A stretch of 64,000 bases of DNA from Marsupella aquatica (GCA_973895155.1 OZ316891.1:8123875-8187874), one strand, 5' to 3'; numbered from the stretch's first letter, positions 1-13,547 are shown. Translations and numbers: made by a program. Notes: generated by a model from the sequence alone, not told the origin.

Positions 1-663
1 GTTGCCAGGACTTTTCCAGATTTGATCACTTGGCCAGGAGTTGATCTGAGAGTTCTAATGGAGGCATTTCAGGGCCATAGCCTAGCTCGTTCACTAATCG
101 TTTTCATGGCGTATCAAGTACTCTGGCACATTTGGCTTGCTCGGAATGACAGTGTATTCAATAATGGCAAAAGTAGATGTTTTGACCTGTTGAAGATATT
201 TACGGAGGTCATTGATCAACTCCATGGACTGTGTGAGGATTTAGGCCCTTGCAATAGGCGCACACGGTTGCTGCGGATCAAGGAAGAAATTATTAAGGAA
301 CGCTTGAACTGGGCCCCCCGGGCGGAGGCTCGGTTCTCCTCTTCCTCCTGACTTCCTACTTCAGTCCTAGCCCACTAGACTTAGACTTTTTGTGCCTCAC
401 TAGTGGGATGCACTAGATAGAACCGGTATCTAGGGCTTAGCATGGATGCTGATACCTTCTGGCCTTCTCACCCTGTGGCTCCTTGCCCGGGGTTTCTTTG
501 GTATGAGCTCTCTAGGTTTTAGTTGGTCTTTTGTCACCCGTCTGCCCGGCGTGGGCTCCTATGCTGCCTGTTTGGCCCCCTTTCCCGTAGGGTTTTGCGG
601 GTTTTATTTTATATATAAAAATAATAATTTAAAAAAACAAAAAAAACAAAAAAAACAAAAAAC
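1..663 (+). mobile_element. 3' end of an L1-like LINE retrotransposon (ORF2 C-terminus, 3' UTR, A-rich tail)
   Basis: ORF 22-351 contains VLWHIWLARNDSVFNN, the W-x-IW-x-x-RN-x-x-x-F motif typical of plant L1 ORF2 C-termini. It is followed by a pyrimidine-rich UTR and an A-rich tail (aataataattt, then A runs interrupted by C) at ~620-663. Confidence 0.8.
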
Positions 664-1985
664 TATGACTAAACATGAAGGACAGAGACAGAAGAAAATG
701 AGTAATTTTGAGTGAAAATTTTGGAAGAATGGGTTTTAATTTGTTTATCTTGGACCAAGAATAGGGAGGAACCATTTCATGAAAATAATTAGAATATTCC
801 AATTAGAAGTATGGGTTACTTGGACCACTTTAGAATTAATGTTTTGGAGTTCTAGTAGGATAAACGTAGTTAGGAAACTGATTTCTTTTGATGAGTGGAA
901 CCCGGTGATTGAATCAATATTTTAAAAAGGGATTGTCTACTCCTGTTTCACCTAGAGGAGATTAGAAAAAGGAAAGTTGAATAATAGGGTTTAGAAGATA
1001 TGGTTTTTGAAGCATCTGGTTAGAAAGTTTTTATGTTATGGGATTGGAAAATCAAGGAGATGAGGACGAAATGGCAAGAGGAAGAGAACAAGAAGAACGA
1101 AGATGTGAAGGAAGCTCGCCGGAGATTGAAGCTATGTTTAAAATGTCTGGGCAAAACCATTGATGACCTGGAGACCGAGACCTGACCTGATGATTTGGAT
1201 TTAGCATGGAACCCCGAGCTAGAGACGGGCCAATAAAAGAAATTTTTGGAACCTCAAACCTATAATCCTATTTGAATAAAATAAGACCTAAGTTGCAAGG
1301 GATACCTTTATTGTCATTGCAATAGAATAAAAAAGAATAAAAAAGATATTTGAGTATTTTCTATGACGACTTTGAGTTATGAAGAATAAAAATGCTCAAA
1401 TGGATTGGATGACAATGGATTAGTATTAATTCAATCTTAAAAATGAGATTTGAAATGGATTCAATGAAGTTTAATTACTTCATTATTTAACTAAGTCAGA
1501 AGTGTCAAGTCCCTAAAGCATAAAAAATGAGTTTCATACCGATTTAAATTGGTGTTTGAAAACCGGCTTGGCCCCCACACTTGGGCCTGACCCCGACTTT
1601 GGAAGACCAGGCAGTTTGATGTTTTGATAGAGTTTTTTGGCCAATTTGATGGGCAAGGTCAAACCAGGATCATATGTAGTGGTGTTGGTTTGATGAGTGA
1701 ATGATTTGTAACATAAATGCTATTAATTGTTACGGACCCCACTAGAAGTCCCTTCCAAAATTTGAGACTCCACAACGCATGTCATCATGATGCGCTGCAA
1801 ATAGGTATGGATTGGTTTATAATTACTTCACCTTTCATGTTTATGGCAAGATTTTGGTAAAATTGAGGACATCATGCCGTAAACCTTTATGTAAAAATAT
1901 TTCAAAACTAATCATTTTCATTACCTTGAGTAACCAACTCTTCAAGTAGTAGTAGGCCCGCAATCAGTTTTATTTACCCCTAATA

Positions 1986-2162
1986 ACCAACTGCCCACCC
2001 TCTTTCTGAATTTTGGTTCAATTCCGTAATAATTAAATCTTGCGGTCCAAGTAATTACCAACCACCCACCCTCTTTCTGAATTTTGGTTCAATTCCGTAA
2101 TAATTAAATCTTGCGGTCCAAGTAATTACCAACTACCCACCCTCTTTCTGAATTGTGGTTCA
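1986..2162. repeat. Tandem repeat, 71-bp unit, about 2.5 copies
   Basis: The unit ccaac..cccaccctctttctgaattttggttcaattccgtaataattaaatcttgcggtccaagtaatta starts at 1987, 2058 and 2129. Confidence 0.95.
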
Positions 2163-4479
2163 TTTGCATAAGTAACTTGACATTGGAAATGAATCCGACG
2201 CCTTTCGTTGGAGCTCAATCGATTCTCAAGGCCATTTTGCCATGAGGAGATAGACTGCAGCACAGCTATGCTTTGCAGAACTTGTAAATTTAGATTTCTT
2301 ATAGACTATGAAAACCTCTTTCAAAAGAATGAGATGTTGTGTATCAATCAATTGCCTATTCTTAGATTTGTATGGACACGCTTGATTGACCCACTTGAAA
2401 GCAGTGGACATACATTTATGGAAATGGATGTGCAAGACTCAAAGGCTCGCCCATAACGCAAGATAATGTTGTTTAAAGTTTGCATAGATAAACTGGGTGC
2501 CTCCACTTGATATCTTGCCATAGCTCTTGCCATATATTATAGCTCAGTCGGGAGCCCAAAACATAAGATGATACTTGAATAGATAGGCCACTTAAAAAAA
2601 TTGACGGCTCTCCAATGCCTATAAGTACTGTAATTCACCAAATATAAACCTCTGAAGATGACTAAAGACTGGACATATGGATTATTGACGACCAAAGTCT
2701 TGGCTAAAATAACTAAAATACAAGGATCAAAGACATGAACATATATTAGTTAGGACCTCAAGTAATTGTATGCGCGTTGGGTTGTGCCGGTGTGCTACAA
2801 AAAATTTATGAAACTGTATTGCATGTTGGTGAAGCACGACATTGCGTCCGTGACCGAATGGTGAAGAACTGAATATTCAGGACCGAGTGGCGAAAAAAAC
2901 TAATGAGTGACCTCAATAAAGATATCTTTAGCATCACACATTGTATGACACATTTATCTACATCCCACATTGTCCAACACATATCTCCCTACTTTTCAAT
3001 CTCAATCAAAATAGATGGGGTCCACAAACTAATTAATGATGTAGAGGTGACAGACTCTCAACCAAGTGCAAACAGGGTGAAACGACTACAAAACTTGGTT
3101 GCAATATTGAATGCAAGTACGATTGTAGATACTTCAATTGAAGCAAGTACAATTCTTGCAAATATTTGAAATTATGTCCCAAGAGTAACATTCAAGGTAG
3201 AAGTGTACCAATTTTAAACTTGGTAAAGATGATGAAATGTCCATTGTCATTTATGTGAGAACATCTATATTTGTGAATTATGTATGCATCTATGAAACAT
3301 GTGACTAGATAAATTGTGATATTTGAATTTGTTTTCTTTGATTCAAGATGTGTGTACATGGTATGGAGATACACTTTGTGCGACTCTGATTAAATCTTGG
3401 CATGAACGGTAATAACATTACCATTCCAATCTTAGCAAGATTGCCCCATGCAAACACCAAACAAACCAATCATGTTCACTCAAGATTGTATTGGAAGTAC
3501 AATATTATTAACATTTGAGTTAAGGTCATACTAATTACATCTATAAAATTGATGGATGGTTTTGATACAGAAATTAAATGATCCATAAGTTGTTGTGATT
3601 TTTTTATCATGTAGTATCAAAAGTACCCTGAATTTTTGCAAAAAAAATTCACAAGAAAATGGCTAGTGGAATGTCCCTTCTAAGCGTCAACAATCACTTA
3701 TTCTAAATCCATGCGCCCTTACCTTATTGGTACTATCCTCAAAAGTTACGACTCTTCATTATGTCCCTTCAAGACCTTAGGTTTTTTCTTATCATTCATA
3801 TGCAAATCATATCATTATGATTTGTAACATTCATGTATTCATTCATTCATTCAATATATCAATCATACAATCATTTTGTATTCTTGTCAATCTCTTGTTA
3901 CTATAAAATGGTATCATAAAAAAAAAAAACTGAATTTATGAGGTATGATGGATCACATTTAAATTTGGTTTTCTGCATACCTTCAAGATTCTTGAAGCAA
4001 TAACATTATGTCACTTAGTAAAGTATCATTAGATTCAAATTTGATAGAGGGAACACCAAAAATAAAGTTTGACATTCCCTCTACTAGTGGTACTTCAGCT
4101 CTAAAGCGCTTCTTCATAGCCTCTAGAAGCACACAATACATCATGTATTCCAATTCTCTAACATCTCTTGGCGTAATCAATAGAATCTCTTTCTATGTGT
4201 CTAGGTATTTGTGATTCAAATTGATTATAACCAACTTCTAAACAATAGCCATCATTTAATTAGTGAACATCTTCATTAAAAGGGCTAAAAAATGGCTACA
4301 AATTCATCAGATCTAACTCGGGCATACATTGTTGAGAGATACTTTCTAGAACAAATTATTTCATTTGAAAGATAAAGCTTGATATGCTTTTGATTAGACA
4401 AGATGTTTTTGGTGTTGTAAATGGTACTATTTTGAATCCTGGACCATCTAGTCCAATACCTCAAGCAGAATGACATGCC

Positions 4480-5040
4480 AAGGACTCCAAAGCTCGTACA
4501 AATATGATTTTACATTGCAACAATAAGCAAATCCAACTTGTCAACTCATTAACCACTTCCAAAGAAGTGTGGGATAAGTTGCAAACCACTTATGAATAAT
4601 CGATCTTGCCTCCTAGGTTTATGTTTTTAGGAAAATATTGGCAATTTCATTGCATGAGGGAAACCAAGTCATTGAATTTCTTGAGGATTTTCAAGGCCTT
4701 GTAGATGAAGATGCTATTTCTGGTCTAGTCATTGTAGACAATCTTTTTATCATTATTTTGTTAGGAGCTCTTACTGATTCAGTGCAACTGTTCATAAATT
4801 TATGTTCTTACCAATCAGGCAAAGTTGATATTTGCTATATTTCTTGGCAAATCTTACAAGAAACTTCTATGAGAAGTCACAAAGATTCCAAGGGAAAAAT
4901 CAAAGTTGAACCCAATGCCTTGATGGTTGTTAGCAAACCCATCAAATCCATGATGAAAAGGAAATTTAACAACCCAAGTTTTACATTGGTTGGTGCCAAC
5001 ACTAGTCGGTCTAGTGACTTAACCTGCCATTGAGTTATGT
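4480..5040 (+). mobile_element. Degenerate Ty1/copia gag fragment (UBN2-type)
   Basis: Translates KDSKARTNMILHCNNKQIQLVNSLTTSKEVWDKLQTTYE*, then ...SLHEGNQVIEFLEDFQGLVDE...IIILLGALTDS. These are typical copia gag motifs, interrupted by stop codons. Confidence 0.85.
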
Positions 5041-5164
5041 AAGTTGGAAAAACACTAGATCACCCTGGAATGAGAAATGTATGTGGTAATCTATGCGTTA
5101 AAGAAATGAAAAATTTACCTGTGTAGAAGAACAGTCCCAAAGTGATAATCCACACTAATAGCTC

Positions 5165-5599
5165 ATCGACTTGGTATTTCAGTTCTAAGCCAAGACTAAA
5201 CCCTAAGAAAATGTGCTAGCAAATATTTTTGGCATATTTTGATTTTGAAGTTTGTCACCTTCCTAGGAAAACAAACATGGCAGCTAATGCTTTATTGCGT
5301 AGGGACCATCATTGTGTAAATGAGATCATGCTGCCAAGTGGCCAAAGGTTTATGTCGTAGCATATGGGGATGATAGGTTAGCCAAAGAATGACAAAGCAG
5401 TGGGGTAGCTAAGGCAAGGTTAGACACGTTTCATCGGGGTTGGACACCGCTCATATTGTCCAGTTATGGCAATACAAGTAGAGGCGTATGTACATACCAG
5501 AATCTCTAAGACTTGAGATTCTACAAAAATACCACAACTTGCCTTGGGGGAGGGCACGACGGACAAGCTATTATGTACCATAACATGTCAAGGGAAGGA
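5165..5599 (+). mobile_element. Degenerate Ty3/gypsy pol fragment (end of RNase H and integrase zinc-binding region)
   Basis: YFSSKPRLNPKKMC*QIFLAYFDFEVCHLPRKTNMAANALLR resembles the gypsy consensus LN.RQARW..FL..FDFEI.Y.PGK.N..ADALSR. It is followed by LRLEILQKYHNLPWGGHDG, the start of the integrase H2C2 region. Confidence 0.8.
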
Positions 5600-6672
5600 T
5601 GCCAAGTGTGACTGGGTCCCCAGCCCCGAAGACCAACATTAGCTATTTACCACGGGTTTTAATGTAAATAAGCCAGATATAAATATCATATTTCTAATAT
5701 ATTTTTTATTCTTTAGCATAACTAAGTAAATTATGTCATTATGAGTTCATGGTGCAGTGGGGGGTCGGAGCCCTTGGAGTTGGGTAGGAACTCATTTTTA
5801 TTCTTTAGTGGTTTTCATGCTTACCATTCTAAGTTGGGGAGGGAGTAAAACTAGGCATCTTAAGGTAGTACCACAAATTAATTTCTGGAGACCGTGATAG
5901 TTGTTTTTAAGAGGCCCCTGCTAAGGAAGGAGAGAGGCTCGCTAAGGGGAACCCCGTCTATGAGGACCCTTTTTAGGAGGCCCAATTTGTTTAAGGAGTT
6001 GAGGGGGCTTGAGAGGGGTTTAAAACCCCATTATTAAGAGCCAATGGAAGCCCGGCTATTGAGAGTGACCCCGACAGGGGAATGGGGTGGAGAGGGCAAG
6101 CCCTACAGCTGAGAGGGGCGAGTCATGGCAAGCCCCACATAGGAGACCAAGCTGGGGCAGGCAGCTGGCGGCCAAAGGTCTCGGCCCATTGGGCCTCGCA
6201 CCATTGAGGAGAGGGAGAAAATTAAATGCTCCATGATCCTAGAGAGCCACGAGGCAGGAGGAAGCAAAGGGGGGCCACAGGGAGGCAAGCCCCAATCCAG
6301 GGGGAGGCCTCCAAAGCCGGTGTCGTCGGGGAAAAGAGGGTGAGGGAAGATGGTGGAATTTCTGCTCCTGAGCTTTGACATGGAGTTGATGAAAACAAGT
6401 GCAAATTGTGAAGCAGTTTAATAGGAAGTGTTTGGTTTTGGAGAATGATTAAGGACAAGTTTAAAATTAAAGGAAGAGACAAAATAGTAATAAAGAGGGC
6501 AGATGAGAGGAAGAGTTAAAGGGGTTTTTGAAGGATTATTGTGTGTTGGCACGTGGTGAGCTGGGAGCGCCTGGTTCATAAGGGCAGTTTTGAACTAAGG
6601 CACGAAAGTTAGAAGGGAAGTTTGTGAGTAGTTGACGATAAGGAGACGACGCAAGGGAGAAGAAAAAAGGAT

Positions 6673-8320
6673 TCAAAAGAGAATGTGAGATGCGCGAGCT
6701 ACTGAACGTGGAAGCTGTGCGGAGGTCAAAGATAAGAACTTATCTTTGGCCTCCTCATCGTAGTCATCCAGATTAACTTGACTACCGAGCATGCTGGCCT
6801 CTTTTGCAAAGCCCCCAATCTCCTCCTCTGAGTATTGTTGGGCTACCACTGGTTGATTTACCTCCACGGGTTCATCTACTTGAACTCGGCTAGAAGCTCT
6901 AAGGCTGGCCTCTCTTGGCTTTGGCTACCATCTTCTGACTTTGAATCCATCTGCTCATCCCGTTTCTTTCTTTCTTCGATAGTCATCTTCCTCTCTACCA
7001 GGTGAATGCCTGCATATGGATTATTATGAGTAGGCCATCGCAACGGATTTCTCACACATCAAATGTTACTACCTCTAGCTCTTTGAGAGGGGAATTCTCC
7101 CTTTCCTGTGTTGCCAACCTCTTCTCTTGTCGTTGTTTGTTTAGGGGCTCCTCATCCTCCTCCATTGGTGTTGTGATCGGTATCCGCTCCTGTAGAGGCA
7201 ACACTGGTGCAAAAGACTGGCTTCTTGCATACCAGCAAAGTAATTGTAGATGGTACCCTAGTCTGGATACTGCTCCTTCCCCAATGCTCTACTTCTCTTC
7301 ATTCAATATCTTCTTTAATTGCATTAAGAGATAGCCGTTGTAGTCATGGCTTGAATCGATATTCTCCACCAAAAATACCTGGGCCTTGCCGATCTCTGCT
7401 CTCGGCAATGTACAATGTAGTGTGACTCTTAAGAAATCAATCAACTGCCCCACATGTGGATTAGCGCATTGATTTCTAAAGAACCCATTCTTAGTGGAGG
7501 GCCCTGGAAACGATCAAAATTGGTTATCCGGCAACATCTTCCACTGCTCCACCTTAGTCTTATTCCCTTGTGGAAGAGCAAAGATGGCTTCGATCAGTGT
7601 TGGCGTTAATTCCACCACTCTCCCATACATCACTGTCATGCCAGAAGAAGCCTCCCAGCATCCCACGAAGTCTAATAGATCTTTGTCTGGTATTTTGACT
7701 AACCACCACGGCAACCGGATGAATCCCTCTAGGCTAGTGTTGTTCATGTATCCAGAATACTTGTTATCCTGGATAGCACAAAAGACCTCATCTTCTTCTC
7801 GTGCAAATTGCAGTTGTAAATTGGCAGGTAACCTATCCGCCCAACTTGCCATAAACTTATCCTCTACTGCCCTATCTCGGATTGGCACGGCTTCGACCTT
7901 GGCCTGCCTTTCAGACCGGTTCCGCTTAGCTGGTGTTGCAAACGCCGAACTACCCTTCCGCTTCATCTCTTTTGTCCGTGAAGACTCTCCAAGAATGGCT
8001 TCCTTGGTCCAAGTCGAAGTGTGACCCTTCAACTCCCACACCGGCTGCCCAACGTTCTTGATCGCCTCCTGAATTCCAACAACGCGATTCTCCCTGATCA
8101 GCAACTCGTCAAGCTTGGCACTGGTGAGAATCTATAAGAATTTCTCTAGCACCTCCTCAATTCCCACAAATGCCATCTTATGAATTCCCCATAACTGCGC
8201 AAGCTCCGCCCTTTCCCTTGCTGCGCGTTCTGACTTGACGTCTTTGTAAGTTGGTACGAGCTGCCGTGCTTCTTCAAGCAAACAGCCCCAAAACTTGGTC
8301 GCTTGATTCACCGTGGTCAT
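6673..8320 (-). pseudogene. Long disrupted transposon-associated accessory ORF
   Basis: ORFs 8132-8320 and 7514-8104 are in the same frame, separated by one stop, and coding-like sequence continues toward 6673. The segment GRVVELTPTLIEAIFALPQG resembles putative plant transposon accessory proteins. It is intronless and lies inside the TE nest. Confidence 0.55.
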
Positions 8321-10389
8321 TCCACCGAATAAAAGAGGAGCTTGATCAATTTGCTACCCACCTCCTTCAATCGACTGGCAGTTGCTTCTGCCTCGCAAGG
8401 TCCCGATCGAACATGAAAATGAGCGAGTATAAGGAGTGTTGGTCCCCTCCCCGTGAAGCCGCCTCCTAATTGCTTGCGTGATCAGGCCTGAATTAGGTCA
8501 TAACCCTAATCCCAACTGATCACGACCGTTGGATCCTTCCCGATCGCAATCCTCCCCCTTAACACGTTGTGATCGGCTTCGGTCTTTATTTCTACCTTAC
8601 ACTATCTACCTAATCTTTATTTAGCCATTATTTTAGGCTTAACTAGTACTCCGTGATCCTGGCAAGGCATTACAAAGAGGGAATGCAAGAATGTGTTTGT
8701 TCTTTTGAGAAAACTCTCGAGAAAGGGCGAGAGGCAACCGAGCGTTGTTGAACGGGATAGTTTTTTTTTGGGAAGATGCTGAAATGGGAAGAGAAAGATC
8801 AGATGAAAAGTAATGGAAAAAGCTGAACATGAGCATGAAACGGAAGGGCGAAGGTCAAGGCGGTAATGCAATTCAGAAAGGTGGAAGGATGCGGAAGGAG
8901 AGTCGATTGTCCACTGAAAAGATCCGTAGAACATGAATTCAATAGAGGGGATTGACATTGCATTGTGGAAAGGTGACGGAGGCGGAGAAACTTTGAAGAT
9001 AAATAACTGGGAGGAGCTGATTCAAGAGACAAGAGTTGAAAAATTCAGTGAAAGAAACAACGCAAGAGAGAAGCTAAGTATCGGGAAGGGAATTGAAATT
9101 CTTTTCTAGGCATGTTGAAGAGTTCGGCTGAAGAAGAGTGAAGGATGAGAACCACGTTGAAAGAGAATGGTGAGAGAATCAGAGTTTGTGGTAAGTGTGA
9201 TTGAATAGAGAACTGATGGGAGGGAGAAAACGGCCGCACTTCGTGAGGAGATGGAAGGAATTTTATTCCAGGCAAAACAGGTTTTGAAACTTCAACGAGG
9301 AATGAACAGGAGGTTTTGTCAGAGGAGCGTGAGGGAAAAGCAAGTGCAACTGGGCGTTTTGAATTGGAAACGGGATCTTTGGGTGAAGGTTGGGGCGCGA
9401 GAGAAGTTCAGGAGTAATAGGAGCGAAAGTGGCAGAACAGGAAGAGAGTGATTGTTGGAAATGGTTTTTGTGATGCTGCAAAGGTGTTCGGCTGCTGAAG
9501 AAAACTGTATACGGAGGAGAGGGAAAGACCGGAATTCTGAGGATTTTTGTGAATTGTGACTTGTCGTTGTCACCATTGAGGGATAGTTTAAATTCTTGTG
9601 AAGGATCAAGGCTGATGGGTGGTGTATAAGAAATTGGTTCGGGCTTGGCAAGGAGCAATGGGAGAAAATATCAGAAAGGAGCGAGAAGGTGAAACCTGGA
9701 ATGCTAGAGACGAAGGAAGGGAATAGGGAACCCAAGAGCAGTACTGGGAATTTTTGAGGAGAGAAACGACCGAATGTCTGATGATAGAGGAATTTGACTG
9801 AAGATGACTAGGAGTGAAGAAGGCGTAGCAGAACATTTTGGAGTGGAATTCAGAATGTTCAAAAGTTGCTGATAGTGTGCACGAGAATCAATCCAAAGGA
9901 GAAGTACCCGGAAACAGGGAAAGGTCGAGTGAAGAGGAGTTCAGAGAAGAAAGAGACAGCAAAGTAGCGCAAGACAGAGGAAAAGCAATTTTGAAGCTTA
10001 GTTTAAAAGTAGGGAACCAGGCTTAAAGTAGGTAAAATTAAAAGGAAGAAAATAATAACCTAGAGGAAGGAAGCAAGATGGAAGGGAGAAAATTCTTCTT
10101 CCTTTGGGATTGGGAGGACAAGGAGTTGGGGCAGGAAAGAAAGAATTATGGAGTGTTTAAGAAGGAGGAAAAGGAAGCCGAGAAGAAAGAGGCAAGGCGA
10201 CGAATGAAGTTATGTAGTGAATGCCTTGGGTTAACGATTGACGATTAGTTAAGCAACCGCAAATAAGACCAGTTGAACTTGACCTTGAGACCTGAGCTGA
10301 GTCGAGGCCCCATATGAGGAAGAGCCGACAAGAATGAATTTGTAGACTTCAATGATGTTGTAATTTCGAAACCTTAAAAGGGTTTCCTT

Positions 10390-10570
10390 GGAATTGATTT
10401 TTTATAAATAGTTTTAGCCCGCGAAAAACCCCACGGGCAGGGCAAACTAGCCACACGGCAAAACAAGACAACCCCCCCTTGGGGGGAGGGACACAAGGGG
10501 TACAAAAGAAGCCGTCACCAAGACTAACCAAAACCAGCAAGTCTAGAGAGAATAGCAGTAGCAAATGAGA
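10390..10570 (-). mobile_element. Probable LINE 3'-UTR remnant
   Basis: The minus strand is T/G-rich and ends ...gggtttttcgcggggctaaaactatttataaaaaatcaa, similar in style to the LINE 3' UTR at ~590-630. Confidence 0.35.
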
Positions 10571-12864
10571 AGAGGGGGTCTCCTGTCAGGAACACAACTA
10601 AGACCTAATCACGCATTCTAATCCATTTGTGGGCACAGGGTCATCCACCAGTCAAAATACAGCCCCTGCCATCACTAAGCCAAAGCCTACGTAAACTGTC
10701 AATCCTATAATTTTCCCGGCACAACCAGGTGTTCTTTCTACCAGGGGGTGAGCATCTGCTCACAGCATTCAAGCACTCAGCAGCCTCAGAAAGCACTAGG
10801 CCCATATCAAATGTACGTCTACCACCTGCATTGAAGGAAACCTTAACAGGGTTTAATATGAATAAAAGGAGACGAAATAAATAAAAGTGTTTCTGAAAAA
10901 TTTGGATGTTACAAAAGTGTGTGTGAATAGATTGTATGCATTCTAACTATCCTGGAAACAAGGGATAAGAATAAGAGTTGAAAATTAATAAAACTAGATT
11001 ATTTTTATGAAGAGAATTAAAACATTCTTGCTAGAAACAATCTGCTATCTACGAAAAGCACCTTAACTTAAAACAAAAAGGAATAGAATGATTGAATAGA
11101 GAAACTTGTTAGTTTAAAGAAGGTAAAGTATGGAAGGAAAAACAATACCAAGTAGAACCTCTTAACTCGGATTGAAACACATTAAGAAAACTGGAACACA
11201 TGAGATTAAACAAAAGTAAGAAAGTCCCTAAAATATGTAAGAAACTAGTTTTCATACCACCATTAACGGTTCCCCAGACACCGGGGGCCAGCCCATAGGG
11301 CCTCGTGCCATTTGAGAAGGGGGGCATTAAACCCTAATCCTGGGAGGCTGGTGGCAAGGGGAGAGAATTAAAGCCCCCCGGATTCTGGGGAGGGCAGGTA
11401 CCGGGCCTAGAGGGGCAACAAGAAGGGGGGAGGGGGAATTAAGACCCCCGATCATGGGAGCAGGTCCGAGCAAGGGGGAGGGGCCTAATAAAGGCTTCCC
11501 CATATTTGGAGAGGCTCCCCACACCTAGGGGAGGCCTTGTAAGGGGGTTTGAGCAGGTACCGGGCCGAGAGGGGCGAGCATAGGGCCTCAGGCCTGGGAA
11601 AACAAGTAAAGGGGAGGGGGTATTTGATCTTCCCCTCCTAGGTGGCAAGCCGAGATGAGCCGCATAGGGCCGCGCGCCAGGAGGAAACGCAAGTCGGGGG
11701 AGCATGAAGCATTGGGCGCATTTTAAGGGGAGTATTAACCTTTGCAATCGACGCTGTGGTCATAGAGCTTACCCAAACTTATGGACCCCTGTTGGAGGCT
11801 GCCAAGAAGGACAAGGAAAAGTGCAAGAGCCTTGAGAGCAAACTAAAGGTGGCCTGTAAGACGTTACGAGATGCACTAGCTAATCATAGTCCCACCGGTA
11901 TGCCACGAAGGTCAATCAAACCCATGTCAGCTTTGGCCACTAGCTTACCAGTAGAGTTGCGATCACCGGAGACGGCCGCCTTGTGGAGAGACACTATCAA
12001 TTGGGGGTACATCACTTGCATGGAAGGCTTTGGCCTCTTTTTGGCAGAGAGGAAGTTGGAGTCAGACTTCTTGGAAGACTTCTTCGGTGAAAACGGGGAT
12101 GAGCGAGGTGACATCAGTTCAGTCAGGTAGTGAGGATGTCAGTGGCCACTTCGGGGAGGAAGGTAGTGACCAGTCGGAGGAGTAGGGTAGGGAATAGTTA
12201 GTCATTGGTATACGCCAATGAAGGCACCATTGGTGTTCGATAAGGAATAAAATTTTAAACATGTGCAGCAAAACCAACTTCTCTCGCACAATTTTGGGGA
12301 GGTCTCGAGTTTGAATCATGTTAGAGGGTGATGGCTTTTGTCATTCACCCCACACAAAAGTGGGATTCATTTATACACTATATAGGCACTTCGAAAAAAA
12401 TTGTGTGGCGTTCATTTATACACTATTGGCACTTCGAAAAAAAATTGAACTCGCCTGATGGTGGGCAGCTATGTTAGGAAGCTCTTATTGACCCTCGAGA
12501 TTTAGTCTTGTTGTGGATTTAAACACTGTCAAACCCATGATTACGTCCAGGTTTAGACAAACAATTTGCACCAGGGTAGTCTAGTGACTTTGCAGTGACT
12601 CAGGCTACGTAGTCACAACATGATCAAGGTGGGGAAAGGGCTGGTCTCGACTCTGTGGCCCATAATTTATGGCTAGGGGCTATAGGTATTAAGGACGAAA
12701 GGCAATCTCGAGGGCAATCAATGCGGATTAGCATTGATTACCCCGTAAGTGCTGCCCGCTGCCCGCATGTGTTGTATCTGATTTCAGTTTAAGTACCTGG
12801 CGCGAATGTACCTCATCACGAATTGAGGAAGGGCTCAATGGTAGCCCAGATCAGTTGGGGAGTT

Positions 12865-12950
12865 GGAGGTCCCGGGTTCAAAGTCTGCTGTATGCCAAGA
12901 ATGCTTTTTAGCATTCACCCCACCCAAAAAGTGGGGATCATTCATGCTAG
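12865..12950 (+). mobile_element. Helitron-like 3' terminus preceded by a tRNA B-box-like motif
   Basis: Hairpin ccccac-ccaaaaa-gtgggg (12918-12936), a 10-nt spacer, then CTAG (12947-12950) followed by T. A diverged second copy lies at 12298-12372. Confidence 0.5.
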
Positions 12951-13517
12951 TAAAATTCGAAAAAAATGTGAGCGGGGCGGGCAGTAGGCGCGGGCAGGTG
13001 TAATGAGCCTCGAGATTGTCTTTCGTGGTGAATTCCAGGTCACAAATAATAATGTACTTTATGGCAGGGGCCATGGGGTCACAAATAATAATGTAATTTA
13101 TGGCCGGGGCCATAGCTCACACGGAAGAATAACATCATCATTCTGACTGTGGACTATTTCTTTATGGGATGACGGCAACGAAAAATTCCAAGCCAAAGAG
13201 ATTCAACAGAAGCACAACATCATTATTCCGGGACCTGCAAGTATTTATAAATTACTCAAGAACACGGTACTTATCTCAATGCTCAAGTACGGTATCGTCC
13301 CGAGTGACAGAATCCCCATGTGCGTACCCGTCCTCCACACCCTCCGATATGATGATCCATTATTTTGTGATGACAGCAGCGGGAGGCAACGTCCAGAAGG
13401 TCTGTGATACTGTGATAGGATTAACTGACAAGTGCAGCCCTCTTAAGTGCACACCGGAGACTCCGTCTCGGGCGTCTGCACTTAGAGAAGTCACTGTGTA
13501 TATGTATGCATTCGTGT

Positions 13518-13547
13518 CCATGCCATGCCATGCCATGCCATGCCATG
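13518..13547. repeat. (CCATG)6 microsatellite
   Basis: Read directly from the sequence. Confidence 0.95.

Noticed and set aside
12835-12898. Possible tRNA gene (tagcccag...ggttcaaagtc...cca)
   Set aside because: No complete cloverleaf or anticodon arm can be built, so it is treated as a degenerate tRNA-like segment of a repeat.
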